IMG/VR virus record: IMGVR_UViG_3300045988_113766
Coordinates: 1-45,284 of that record
Reading direction: 5' to 3' (one strand)
From: a virus
Length of the DNA stretch: 45,284 bases
Part shown: piece by piece, positions 33,390-40,787 of the stretch
How the letters are laid out: each line of letters begins with the position of its first letter
Position numbering within the stretch: the first letter of the stretch is position 1
Translations under genes and position numbers: made by a program
Notes under the pieces: generated by a model
Database searches by the model: none
What the model was told of the DNA's origin: nothing
Seen by the model: the letters and a program-made list of their open reading frames with translations, nothing else

Positions 33390-33404
33390 TGACCGAATCG
33401 GTCA
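33390..33404. repeat. Palindrome TGACCGAATCGGTCA, copy 5
   Basis: Overlaps the stop codon of the parB-like gene. Confidence 0.9.
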
Positions 33405-35312
33405 TTTCTTGTCGTTCCACCGGATTTCTAAATCTATTCCGGTTTCTTCCTTGAGCACATCTACTATATCCAACCATGTGCAGTAGTCTTCTGCCAGAGA
33501 TGCAGCTTTCTCGGTGAATCTGTCCTTGAATCTTTCCAGGCGTTTCTTTCCGAAGGTGAATTCATCTCTTAAAGTCATAAGACTCATTGCTAACATGGTG
33601 TCAAAAGTCATATTCTTGATTTTGTCGGATCCGGCGGCTATCTCCTGTCTGGTAAGATTTAACGAGACTCCTGTCCGGTTTCGGTCCTCCTGACAGTCTT
33701 CTACAATATTTTTGAGAATTCTGAGTCCTGCTACAAGCATTTGTTGTTTTTTAATCACCAACTCTGGAAATCCTGCTTCTTCTTTCTCAACTTCCGTCAT
33801 CTGTTTTAACAGGTCTTCTTGTTTTTGCAGATATATTGATAGATCGCCCGTTGATGGAATCGGGATATCTTTTAAATCTTCCGGCCACGCATCCGAGATT
33901 TTATCTGTATTTCTCAGATGTTTTACCATCTCGGCGGAATCGCCGGAATGGTCTTCCTGATGCTTTTTGTCCGGTGTTTCTGTTGCCGGTTGGCAGCTCT
34001 TTTCCTGAATATTCTCTGTTGGCCGATGAGCCGAAGCATTACATTCGTATCCGCAAGCTCCATGTTTTTCACAATTCCAACAGCATTTTCTATTACAATT
34101 TTCTCCATCCCCTGCTATCACTTTCTGAGCTGCTTCGAGAGTACAGGTGAATCCTTCTCGGTGAATACACTTTCCAGCATTGGTTTCTTTCTTCTCTGGC
34201 TTCTCAGGTGCATCAATTGTGGTCATCTTGACTGGTTTCTTTGTTGAGTAGCGCCTGATCAGTTCTTCGGTCAGTTCCTGCCAGGTCATTTCTTTTTCTT
34301 CCGGGCTGCCTGGGTTGAATGTGATCCTATCCGGATGTCCCTGATAGTTCAGGTACCCGTTTCTGTGCTTTACATAGCAATAGAGCATACTAATCATCTT
34401 TGTTCCCATCAGCTTGTCTCCATTGCGGATCCTGGCTGTTGTGTTCTTTTTCAAGCTGTCAAAGAATCTTTCTATCTGCAGTTCTACGGGAATCGGCGTC
34501 TCGTCTTCTGCAGGCTTCTGCTGCCTTGTTGCCTGTTCCATTGTCATCTGTCCTGAAATATCTACCTCCTGCCGCTCTTTCAGAAGCTCAACATCAGAAG
34601 GTGTCAATGTCCCGTTTTCCATAAAAATCTCATACGACTGCTGTTGCAGTTCAGGTTTCAGAGATGCTACGGCATCAGCCACTGAAATTTTAATCCTTTC
34701 TTCTTTGAATTCTTTCATCAGCTCTTCTATCAAATTATTGCTGATTTTCTTATAGCGGCTATATTGACCGCCCGATATTCCCATAAGCTCTTTTAATTCG
34801 TCTCTAAGATTGCCTTTAAGCCCCATGCTTTCTTTAAATTGCTTTACAATCTTTTCCATTTCAAGAAATTCCTGCATTTTTTCCCAATCACTTTTATCTC
34901 TGTAGTTATTAGTCTGAATTACTTTGAACTGGCGCAAGATTGGCTCAATTTTTTCTTTTTCTTCCAGAGACAGCGTTTCCATTCCAGGTATCTTGATTTC
35001 TGAAGCGTACATACACGGGACTTTTTCAAATCTGGTATCTCCTTCATTGATCAGATCAATACAGCACAACCGGCGGCGATGCCCAGCAAGCACTCGGTCC
35101 TTTTCATTTACGTTCTCTATCAGGATTGGCTGCATAAGATAACCTGTGATTTTAATAGATGCTTTAAGTTTTTCTATGTTTCGTGTATTGTAGAAATTTT
35201 CCTGAGTCGGTATCAACTCTCTGGGATCTCTGTATACAATTGTCTGGTCTTCCCTTCTCTGCGGAAGAGACTGGATTCCCAACAAATCTCGTGGATTAAA
35301 TCTTTTTCCCAT
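33402..35312 (-). CDS. parB: ParB-like protein (ParB/Srx N-terminal domain plus HTH) with a long C-terminal extension containing a Cys cluster
   Basis: 636 aa. N-terminal ...LIPTQENFYN...LMQPILIENV...RVLAGHRRRL (GxRR box). HTH-like LKELMGISGGQYSRYKKI. Cys cluster at residues 382-424. Adjacent to ParA. Confidence 0.7.
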   Translation of the reverse strand: MGKRFNPRDLLGIQSLPQRREDQTIVYRDPRELIPTQENFYNTRNIEKLKASIKITGYLMQPILIENVNEKDRVLAGHRRRLCCIDLINEGDTRFEKVPCMYASEIKIPGMETLSLEEKEKIEPILRQFKVIQTNNYRDKSDWEKMQEFLEMEKIVKQFKESMGLKGNLRDELKELMGISGGQYSRYKKISNNLIEELMKEFKEERIKISVADAVASLKPELQQQSYEIFMENGTLTPSDVELLKERQEVDISGQMTMEQATRQQKPAEDETPIPVELQIERFFDSLKKNTTARIRNGDKLMGTKMISMLYCYVKHRNGYLNYQGHPDRITFNPGSPEEKEMTWQELTEELIRRYSTKKPVKMTTIDAPEKPEKKETNAGKCIHREGFTCTLEAAQKVIAGDGENCNRKCCWNCEKHGACGYECNASAHRPTENIQEKSCQPATETPDKKHQEDHSGDSAEMVKHLRNTDKISDAWPEDLKDIPIPSTGDLSIYLQKQEDLLKQMTEVEKEEAGFPELVIKKQQMLVAGLRILKNIVEDCQEDRNRTGVSLNLTRQEIAAGSDKIKNMTFDTMLAMSLMTLRDEFTFGKKRLERFKDRFTEKAASLAEDYCTWLDIVDVLKEETGIDLEIRWNDKK

Positions 35313-35314
35313 AC

Positions 35315-36078
35315 TTATCTCCCTATCATCTGCAGATATTCTCTTACAAGTTTCTTATAGTCTTCTGCTGCCGCGCTTCGCTTGCTGTACTGCACAACCG
35401 GCATTTTTGCATATGTACTCTTTGCAACTGCAAGAGAATTTCTGATCACGGTGTGCATTGTCGGATAGTATTCTCGAATAATCTCAGCTCCTGCAGTGTG
35501 TGCTTCGTTATATCGGTTGTATCTGGAAATAAAGCATTTTACGTTCTTCATTTCCGGATTCCAGTCACGTTTGATTGTATCGATCTGCTTTAGCAGCTCT
35601 CCCATGCCTTCTGTCGTATTATCATCAATTTCAATAGGAATCAGCACATCGTCTGCTGCCGCAAGCGCATTGATTACAGAGATGTTAATATCCGGAGCAT
35701 TATCGATTACACAAAAATCATAATCTTCTTTCACTCTTTCAACAGCTTTTTTCAGTCTGGTCTGCTGCACTCTTGTCAAATCCATGGACGCTTCCAGATT
35801 TGCTTTTAACAGATTGAGATTTGCAGTGATGATATCCAAATTTTCATAATTTGTGTTCTGGATTAGTTTTTCCATGTCCGGATCTTCTTCTGTCATAATC
35901 TCATCGATTCCGACACTCTCCGGAGATCTTCTATCCAATCCACGGGAGCAGTCTCCCTGCTTGTCATTATCTACAAGCAGAACTTTATAGCCTTTCTGGT
36001 TAAGGATGTAAGCAATGTTAATGCTGGAAGTGGTCTTAGCTACTCCTCCTTTTAAGTTGATGATTGCAATTGTTCTCA
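35315..36078 (-). CDS. parA: ParA-family partition ATPase
   Basis: Likely start ATG at 36078, behind AGGAGAATCAAC. MRTIAIINLKGGVAKTT is the deviant Walker A motif. VLLVDNDKQG also present. Confidence 0.85.
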
Positions 36079-36099
36079 TGTTGATTCTCCTTTTCTTGT

Positions 36100-36510
36100 T
36101 TATTCTTTTCTTTTTCCGAAACTGCATCCGTCACCGGCTTTTAATCCTTCACAGGAGCCGTTTCCAAGTCTGCAGCAATCTGCATTTGTCGTTTCTTCGT
36201 GTATTCTGTAAGCGCATTCCTGACAGAGCACGATATTTTTGTATTTCTGCATGAGCTGATAGGCAGCAGTTTTGCTGAAGGTGTTGATTTCGTCATATTC
36301 CTGACCGATTCGGTCAATGTAGCTTTCCAGTTTGCAAACGGCACAGCATTGATCCTGTTCTTCTTGTGTCATTGTCGTGTAATTACTCGGACAGATCTTG
36401 TCGCAGATGTATGTTGCAAATTCTTCAAGAATAGAGCTTATGCCTTCTTCTTCGTTCTTTTTCTGCTCTGAGCATCCATTCAGGTTTTCCTTCAATTGGT
36501 TCGTCTTCAA
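36100..36510 (-). CDS. Cys-rich hypothetical protein
   Basis: 136 aa. TTG start behind GGGAGGG. Motifs CDKICP, CCAVC, CQEC, CC. It contains one copy of the 15-bp palindrome. Confidence 0.5.
   Translation of the reverse strand: MKTNQLKENLNGCSEQKKNEEEGISSILEEFATYICDKICPSNYTTMTQEEQDQCCAVCKLESYIDRIGQEYDEINTFSKTAAYQLMQKYKNIVLCQECAYRIHEETTNADCCRLGNGSCEGLKAGDGCSFGKRKE
36302..36316. repeat. Palindrome TGACCGATTCGGTCA, copy 6
   Basis: Inside the gene immediately upstream of parA, where it encodes IDRIGQ. Confidence 0.9.
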
Positions 36511-36557
36511 ACCATATCCCTCCCTCGTCTTTATAGTATGTAAACCGGGTACCTGAT

Positions 36558-37091
36558 CTAATAATGGTACCCAGACATTCCATTGTTCTTTGATCCTGTT
36601 CCGGTCTCAGGCTCCAGCCTTTGCCCCATAGTTCTTCTACATTCATCTTTTCTCTTTTCCATCTCCTCCTGCAGCCACTCGGAGTAACTGTGTTTCTCAG
36701 TCTTTTCTGACAATTGGTGTGCATTAGGAAGGGCATGGACGGCCGCATATACCCGCTTCCATTCTTCTGCATTCCTGATCGGTTCTCCTTTGGTGTCTTT
36801 CCATCCGGATCCGGCCAGTTCTTCCAGTTTCACAATTCGACTACAAACATATACGTCTCTCGTATGTATACAGATTTCGCAAGGTACAGTCATGCGTTCA
36901 AGAGCTTCTGCAAGTGTAACCAAGACTGCCTGATGCCAAGTTCCTTCGAGATGTCCGAAGCCTTCCTTGGTTCGTTCTTCGTTTCGTATCGATACTGAAA
37001 GGACATAAGAGCACTTTCTATCTGTGATTCCCTGATAGATACTGCTGGTTTCGATGTAAATATCTACTTTCACTTTCTCATCTCCTCTCAA
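36558..37091 (-). CDS. RNase H-like protein (3' end uncertain)
   Basis: 177 aa. VDIYIETSS, HTRDVYV and WKDTKGEPIRNAEEWKRV align by eye with RNase HI (IYTDGS, STDSQYV, WKTADKKPVKNVDLWQRL). The C-terminal roughly 30 aa overlap another open frame (36425..36646). Confidence 0.55.
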   Translation of the reverse strand: MRGDEKVKVDIYIETSSIYQGITDRKCSYVLSVSIRNEERTKEGFGHLEGTWHQAVLVTLAEALERMTVPCEICIHTRDVYVCSRIVKLEELAGSGWKDTKGEPIRNAEEWKRVYAAVHALPNAHQLSEKTEKHSYSEWLQEEMEKRKDECRRTMGQRLEPETGTGSKNNGMSGYHY

Positions 37092-37891
37092 ATCTGTAAT
37101 CGTTCGGTAGCTCTATCGAGCCAGCCTATATCTGTATGCGGATTCAGGCGGAACATTGTGTATCGTCTGTATCTAAATCCGGTTTTTGGATTTATTCCTT
37201 CATGAATTTTTGCTATGTAATAACCTTTCTTAGGCTTCAGTTCTTTTTGCCATCTCTGGAGCTTGTCTACATGTGGTTCAGGCAAAGGCATATTCCTCGA
37301 AGTGTTGTAGCTTGCTTCTTTAATCCTCTGTTTGGCAAGTGTCCCGTCTTTTTTCTTTTGTCGGGTGTTTTCATCTTTTGTTATGTAATTGCTAAGCTTC
37401 GTGAAATCTTCGTCATAATATTTACTTTTCTTTATTGCACTGGTCCACGTTCCGCCTTTACTCCAAGCTCTTTCTAAGATACTGGCTGTATCGCCTACTT
37501 CATTTACAATAATGTGGATATGCCAAGCTCCTTTTGTTCCCCTTTCTATATTCCTGATCCAGAAAAGTTCGTATCCTCTTTTTTTATATTCCCTTCTCAC
37601 TATGCGTATCGCCTTCTGGAAATCATCCAGAGCTTTCTTTATATTTCCGGGGCGATTTTCTACTAGGTAATCCCATGTAGCCAAAATATCTCCCGGACCG
37701 AAATACATGAGCATTCTCTGTCTGGCTTTCTTAGCCTTATTCATTGCATTGACCTTTTGCATATCTTCTTTGGTGGGAGTCTTCTTCTTTTCTCTCTTCT
37801 TACCTTTTGCTCCATACTTCCCGTCATGGTATTCTTCTCGGTCAATGATATCTCCATCCCGGAACATGTATTCTTTACGTTTCGTAGCCAT
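37088..37891 (-). CDS. HUH-superfamily rolling-circle replication initiator-like protein
   Basis: 267 aa. HUH motif GAWHIHIIVN. A YxxK motif in LSNYITKDE. Basic N-terminus. A structured intergenic region lies upstream. Confidence 0.6.
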   Translation of the reverse strand: MATKRKEYMFRDGDIIDREEYHDGKYGAKGKKREKKKTPTKEDMQKVNAMNKAKKARQRMLMYFGPGDILATWDYLVENRPGNIKKALDDFQKAIRIVRREYKKRGYELFWIRNIERGTKGAWHIHIIVNEVGDTASILERAWSKGGTWTSAIKKSKYYDEDFTKLSNYITKDENTRQKKKDGTLAKQRIKEASYNTSRNMPLPEPHVDKLQRWQKELKPKKGYYIAKIHEGINPKTGFRYRRYTMFRLNPHTDIGWLDRATERLQI

Positions 37892-38080
37892 ATTTCTGTC
37901 CTAACTTTAATATCTTTATCAAGTCCTAAACGGGTCTTCCGACCCTCGAAAAAAGGTTAAAAATATGGCAGGTTCACTCCTGCCGGAATTGACATTCCGC
38001 CGCCTGAGTGTTATACTTGTTGTATTGCAATTGTCTCAGGTGGCGAAAGCCCGGCTCATGTATTCCCGTACATGAGCTTT
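37892..38080. promoter_or_regulatory. Highly structured intergenic region upstream of the rep-like gene (candidate replication origin and promoter)
   Basis: Hairpins GGCAGG/CCTGCC (37967..37984), CGGAAT/ATTCCG (37984..37999), CCTGAG/CTCAGG and GCTCATGTA/TACATGAGC. Minus-sense ACTTGATAA at 37915..37923 resembles the CTTGATA nick motif of pC194/phiX174-type origins. Confidence 0.4.
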
Positions 38081-38416
38081 TTATTTTCTTTTCAGCGTGT
38101 CTGCGTATGCTCTGGCAGCCGCCTTGGTCGTGTTCGCGTTGAGCGTGCCGGATTTACTTGAGTAACTCATTCCATCAAACAGTTTCTGTGCCATGCGTGT
38201 CGCCTCTGGCTCTAGCTTCTGCGTAGCTTCTGTTATCATCCTCAGTGCTGTGATAATAAAGGCCATATCCCCGCTCGGTGCAACTTCTATTGCATCCTGG
38301 ATTTTATCTACATATAACTGCGTACGTTCTTTGTAGAGTTTTTTCTTTTCTTCATTGTCGGCTTCCTGGACTTTCTGCACGAATTCCAGATATCCGTCAA
38401 AATCTTTTTTCAGCAT
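38081..38416 (-). CDS. Hypothetical helical protein
   Basis: Likely start ATG at 38416, behind AAGGAGAAAATAAA (MLKKDFDGYLEF...). Confidence 0.5.
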   Translation of the reverse strand: MLKKDFDGYLEFVQKVQEADNEEKKKLYKERTQLYVDKIQDAIEVAPSGDMAFIITALRMITEATQKLEPEATRMAQKLFDGMSYSSKSGTLNANTTKAAARAYADTLKRK

Positions 38417-38484
38417 TTTATTTTCTCCTTGCTTTTTCTCTTGTTTTGTTTTATACTTCTTGTAAATCAAATTATTTTCTTTTT

Positions 38485-38685
38485 TTATAAGCCTCTCATG
38501 TTTGCAGACGTGAGGGCTTTTTTAATTACTTTTCTCTTCTCCTGCAGCCAGATCAGGATTGCCAGGCACGTGATACTCAGCACTATTGTTCCAGCAAAGA
38601 GTTCTAATCTTGTGTTCCAGTCCCAGATCGGGAGCATGGCGGTTATGTATCCGATCAGCAGAGATATGATCATCTTGCGCTCCAA
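38485..38685 (-). CDS. Small two-TM membrane protein
   Basis: 66 aa. TTG start behind GGGAGG. Hydrophobic MIISLLIGYITAMLPIW and LFAGTIVLSITCLAILIWL. Confidence 0.5.
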   Translation of the reverse strand: MERKMIISLLIGYITAMLPIWDWNTRLELFAGTIVLSITCLAILIWLQEKRKVIKKALTSANMRGL

Positions 38686-38733
38686 TTTTCTCGCCTCCCT
38701 TCATTTATGTATGCTTGTCCTACTGTCTCCGCC

Positions 38734-38904
38734 TTATTCGGCGGTTTTTCTTTCGCAGTAATTCTTCCTCTGGTAATATCCGATTATAATTTTTGAAACG
38801 TTATCTATAATCCTTTGATTGTCTTCCTTTGTATTGTTTTTACAGTAGTCGTCGTGGATTCGGATTAAGCCGGATCCATATTTGATTTCTTTGATCACTG
38901 CCAT
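38734..38904 (-). CDS. Hypothetical small protein (56 aa)
   Basis: My translation: MAVIKEIKYGSGLIRIHDDYCKNNTKEDNQRIIDNVSKIIIGYYQRKNYCERKTAE. RBS GAGAGGTG. Below the ORF-track cutoff. Confidence 0.45.
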   Translation of the reverse strand: MAVIKEIKYGSGLIRIHDDYCKNNTKEDNQRIIDNVSKIIIGYYQRKNYCERKTAE

Positions 38905-38995
38905 ATGTATTCACCTCTCTTGGGTTATATTATGTTGTGTGGTTGTACAGGGTTCCTTCCCTACTCAAGTCACTTTAAGAGTGTTCTGTGAGATT

Positions 38996-39103
38996 ATGAA
39001 AGGATGGTTGCTGTTAAGGTACATAACCTTCGCTGATTTATGTGGCTTCACATTAGCTATTTGTGCGGTTGCTTCATTAGTGTGTTTAATCCTTAAAAAA
39101 TAG
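38996..39103 (+). CDS. Small hydrophobic peptide (35 aa), paralogue of the peptide at 40384..40527; toxin-like or membrane peptide
   Basis: MKGWLLLRYITFADLCGFTLAICAVASLVCLILKK*. On the opposite strand to the surrounding operon. A plus-strand terminator lies 54 nt downstream. The RBS is weak. Confidence 0.45.
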   Translation: MKGWLLLRYITFADLCGFTLAICAVASLVCLILKK

Positions 39104-39156
39104 GGATTGCGCCGGTAACTATTAACCTGTCTTTTCCACAGACATTAATCTCTTAT

Positions 39157-39190
39157 GGCCGTTTCTTTCTCAAGGAAGCGGCCTTTTCTA
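39157..39190 (+). terminator. Rho-independent terminator
   Basis: GGCCGTTTC...GGAAGCGGCC stem (one G-U pair) followed by TTTTCTATTT. Confidence 0.55.
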
Positions 39191-39265
39191 TTTAACAGCA
39201 ACTACCCTTTCAAAATCTCACAGGCTGCTCTTCGCTCTATGACGGTTAGCCCTGCCCTTCCTTTT

Positions 39266-39433
39266 TTATCCTGCTTTCTTCTGTTCTGCGCCTGCCAGAG
39301 CGATGACTGTATTCATACAGCCATCCAGATAGCCTTTCTGTCTCTCTGTAAGGCAGTCCCAGATCGCATTCATTTCTTCCATCTGCTGCCATCTCTGTTT
39401 TACTTTTTCTTCTGTAAGGATTTCTTTTATCAT
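39266..39433 (-). CDS. Hypothetical small protein (55 aa)
   Basis: My translation: MIKEILTEEKVKQRWQQMEEMNAIWDCLTERQKGYLDGCMNTVIALAGAEQKKAG. RBS GGGGTGA. I prefer this over the overlapping track ORF 39246..39443. Confidence 0.45.
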   Translation of the reverse strand: MIKEILTEEKVKQRWQQMEEMNAIWDCLTERQKGYLDGCMNTVIALAGAEQKKAG

Positions 39434-39594
39434 TGTGTTTCACCCCACTTTTGTTTTTTATTTATAATTGCTTTAGATTCTTTTAATCAGATTGTCGAAC
39501 GACTCTGTTTGACTATTCTGTTTGACTCCCTTATTCTGTATGTACAGGGTATTGCGAGTACCCGAGTACATACAGAAAGGAGGAAAATCGTATT

Positions 39595-39849
39595 ATGTAT
39601 CGTTTTTCCAAAAATGAAAAAGATGTCTTGAAATCGGCTTATAAAAACCTCACCGAAAACGGCACGCACAGAAACACATTTTTGATGAAAAATTCTGAAT
39701 TCGCTGTGTATATCAATGCTCTCCGTTCATTAGCCAGAGAAGGTTATATTAAGCCTATTTCTGATAACTTTTTCGATTCTACGCTTTCTTTGAAGTATGA
39801 GTATGATCTGACTTCAAAAGGCGAGTCTGCAGCGGAATCTTTAACTTAA
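39595..39849 (+). CDS. Hypothetical protein encoded on the plus strand inside the early region
   Basis: 84 aa. Strong RBS AAAGGAGGAAAA. Repeats and an inverted repeat lie upstream. Confidence 0.6.
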   Translation: MYRFSKNEKDVLKSAYKNLTENGTHRNTFLMKNSEFAVYINALRSLAREGYIKPISDNFFDSTLSLKYEYDLTSKGESAAESLT

Positions 39850-40096
39850 CAGTCAAAGCAGGCGTCTCTGCATCTCCTACTGATATAGAGACGCCCGAAA
39901 GATAAGGAGCCAGGTCCTTCCCTTCCATTTCTTTAATAAAATCAAGAAATGCTTCGCATTGTTTTATTTTCTTTGTCCGCTCAGGTTCAAAGAACATTGC
40001 GTCCGATAATGTATCTTTATATTCTGGTTCAGTTTGTTTTTCCCATTTTGGAAACCATGCTGCTTCCATAACTGGATTACTTGACACTTCTATCAC
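39779..40096 (-). CDS. Hypothetical early protein
   Basis: 105-aa ORF. GTG start overlaps the cro-like stop (GTGA). The 3' end overlaps the convergent plus-strand gene by about 70 nt, so the true end is uncertain. Confidence 0.4.
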   Translation of the reverse strand: MIEVSSNPVMEAAWFPKWEKQTEPEYKDTLSDAMFFEPERTKKIKQCEAFLDFIKEMEGKDLAPYLSGVSISVGDAETPALTVKLKIPLQTRLLKSDHTHTSKKA

Positions 40097-40305
40097 CTCT
40101 TTTCTTTTTCAATAAGCTGTTCGACAGATACTTCAAGGATTTCTGCAACTTTTTCAAGTTTCCATATTCCAGGCTCTACCTTATTGGATTCGCCACTGGA
40201 ACCCCATTTGCAGATGCTGCCCCTTGCGACACCTGCCATTTTTTCAAGGCAATTAATTGATATCCCTTTTTCTTTTGCAATTCTGCAAATATTCTTGTAA
40301 ATCAC
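40093..40305 (-). CDS. Cro-like XRE-family HTH regulator
   Basis: 70 aa. HTH ICRIAKEKGISINCLEKMAGVARGSICKW. GTG start behind TAAGGAGG. Divergent from the repressor side. Confidence 0.75.
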   Translation of the reverse strand: MIYKNICRIAKEKGISINCLEKMAGVARGSICKWGSSGESNKVEPGIWKLEKVAEILEVSVEQLIEKEKR

Positions 40306-40307
40306 CT

Positions 40308-40335
40308 TTGCACCTCCTTAATTACGTGATATAAT
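40308..40335 (+). promoter_or_regulatory. Sigma-70-type promoter facing the lysogeny side
   Basis: TTGCAC, a 16-nt spacer, then TG-n-TATAAT. It overlaps the cro-like gene's RBS on the other strand. Confidence 0.5.
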
Positions 40336-40383
40336 CAGATTGTTACTATTGACCCCAGCCACCTTTAAGGAGGTAAGCAAAGG

Positions 40384-40527
40384 ATTGATTTTAACAAGAG
40401 CTACGTTCTAACACCAGAAACAGAAAGGAGATATTTAAGGTTACCTAACCTTGATATCAATACTCTGTGTGGCATTATTTCAGCCGTATGTGCTGTTATT
40501 TGTGTCTTACAGAACCGTAAGAAGTAA
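40384..40527 (+). CDS. Small hydrophobic peptide ORF (start unresolved), paralogue of 38996..39103
   Basis: The frame is open from the TAA at 40367. It ends ...RYLRLPNLDINTLCGIISAVCAVICVLQNRKK*. The only start-like codon after AAGGAGG is ATT at 40384. A terminator follows immediately. Confidence 0.4.
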   Translation: MDFNKSYVLTPETERRYLRLPNLDINTLCGIISAVCAVICVLQNRKK

Positions 40528-40551
40528 TTTTCTTACGTTACATATTTTTTT
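40513..40551 (+). terminator. Rho-independent terminator
   Basis: CGTAAGAA-GTAATT-TTCTTACG stem (extendable to 10 bp with one bulge), followed by a run of 7 T. Confidence 0.6.
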
Positions 40552-40686
40552 GTTTTATAGTAGAACGTAGCCCCACACTTGGGCTGTTGCTTTTGCAATG
40601 GCCCATTTCCTTTTTATTCGCCAGAATTATATATCTGGCGATTGCTTCGCTTTCTGTTTCCTTTGTTTACAGTATAGTTTTAAAAA

Positions 40687-40760
40687 TTAACTTTGTCAAG
40701 TATTTTTTGTTTTCAAAGTTAACTATTTGTGTTGACATTGTTCTGCAATGGTGATATTCT
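40687..40760 (+). promoter_or_regulatory. Operator-like inverted repeat plus the promoter of the repressor gene
   Basis: TTAACTTTG (40687..40695) and CAAAGTTAA (40714..40722). TTGACA (40732..40737), a 17-nt spacer, then TG-n-TATTCT (40755..40760). Confidence 0.55.
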
Positions 40761-40787
40761 GGTTTTAAGAAATGGAGGTGAAAGATA

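Noticed and set aside
39155-39631. 158-aa plus-strand ORF spanning 39155..39631
   Set aside because: It starts inside a terminator hairpin. It crosses a better-supported minus-strand small gene (39266..39433) and a promoter/operator region. It has no RBS, and its composition is that of AT-rich non-coding sequence.
40447-40460. A second CTTGATA motif (ccttgatatcaa) as an alternative rolling-circle nick site
   Set aside because: A 7-mer is expected several times by chance in 45 kb. This copy lies inside the small peptide ORF, far from the rep-like gene, and has no flanking origin-like hairpins.
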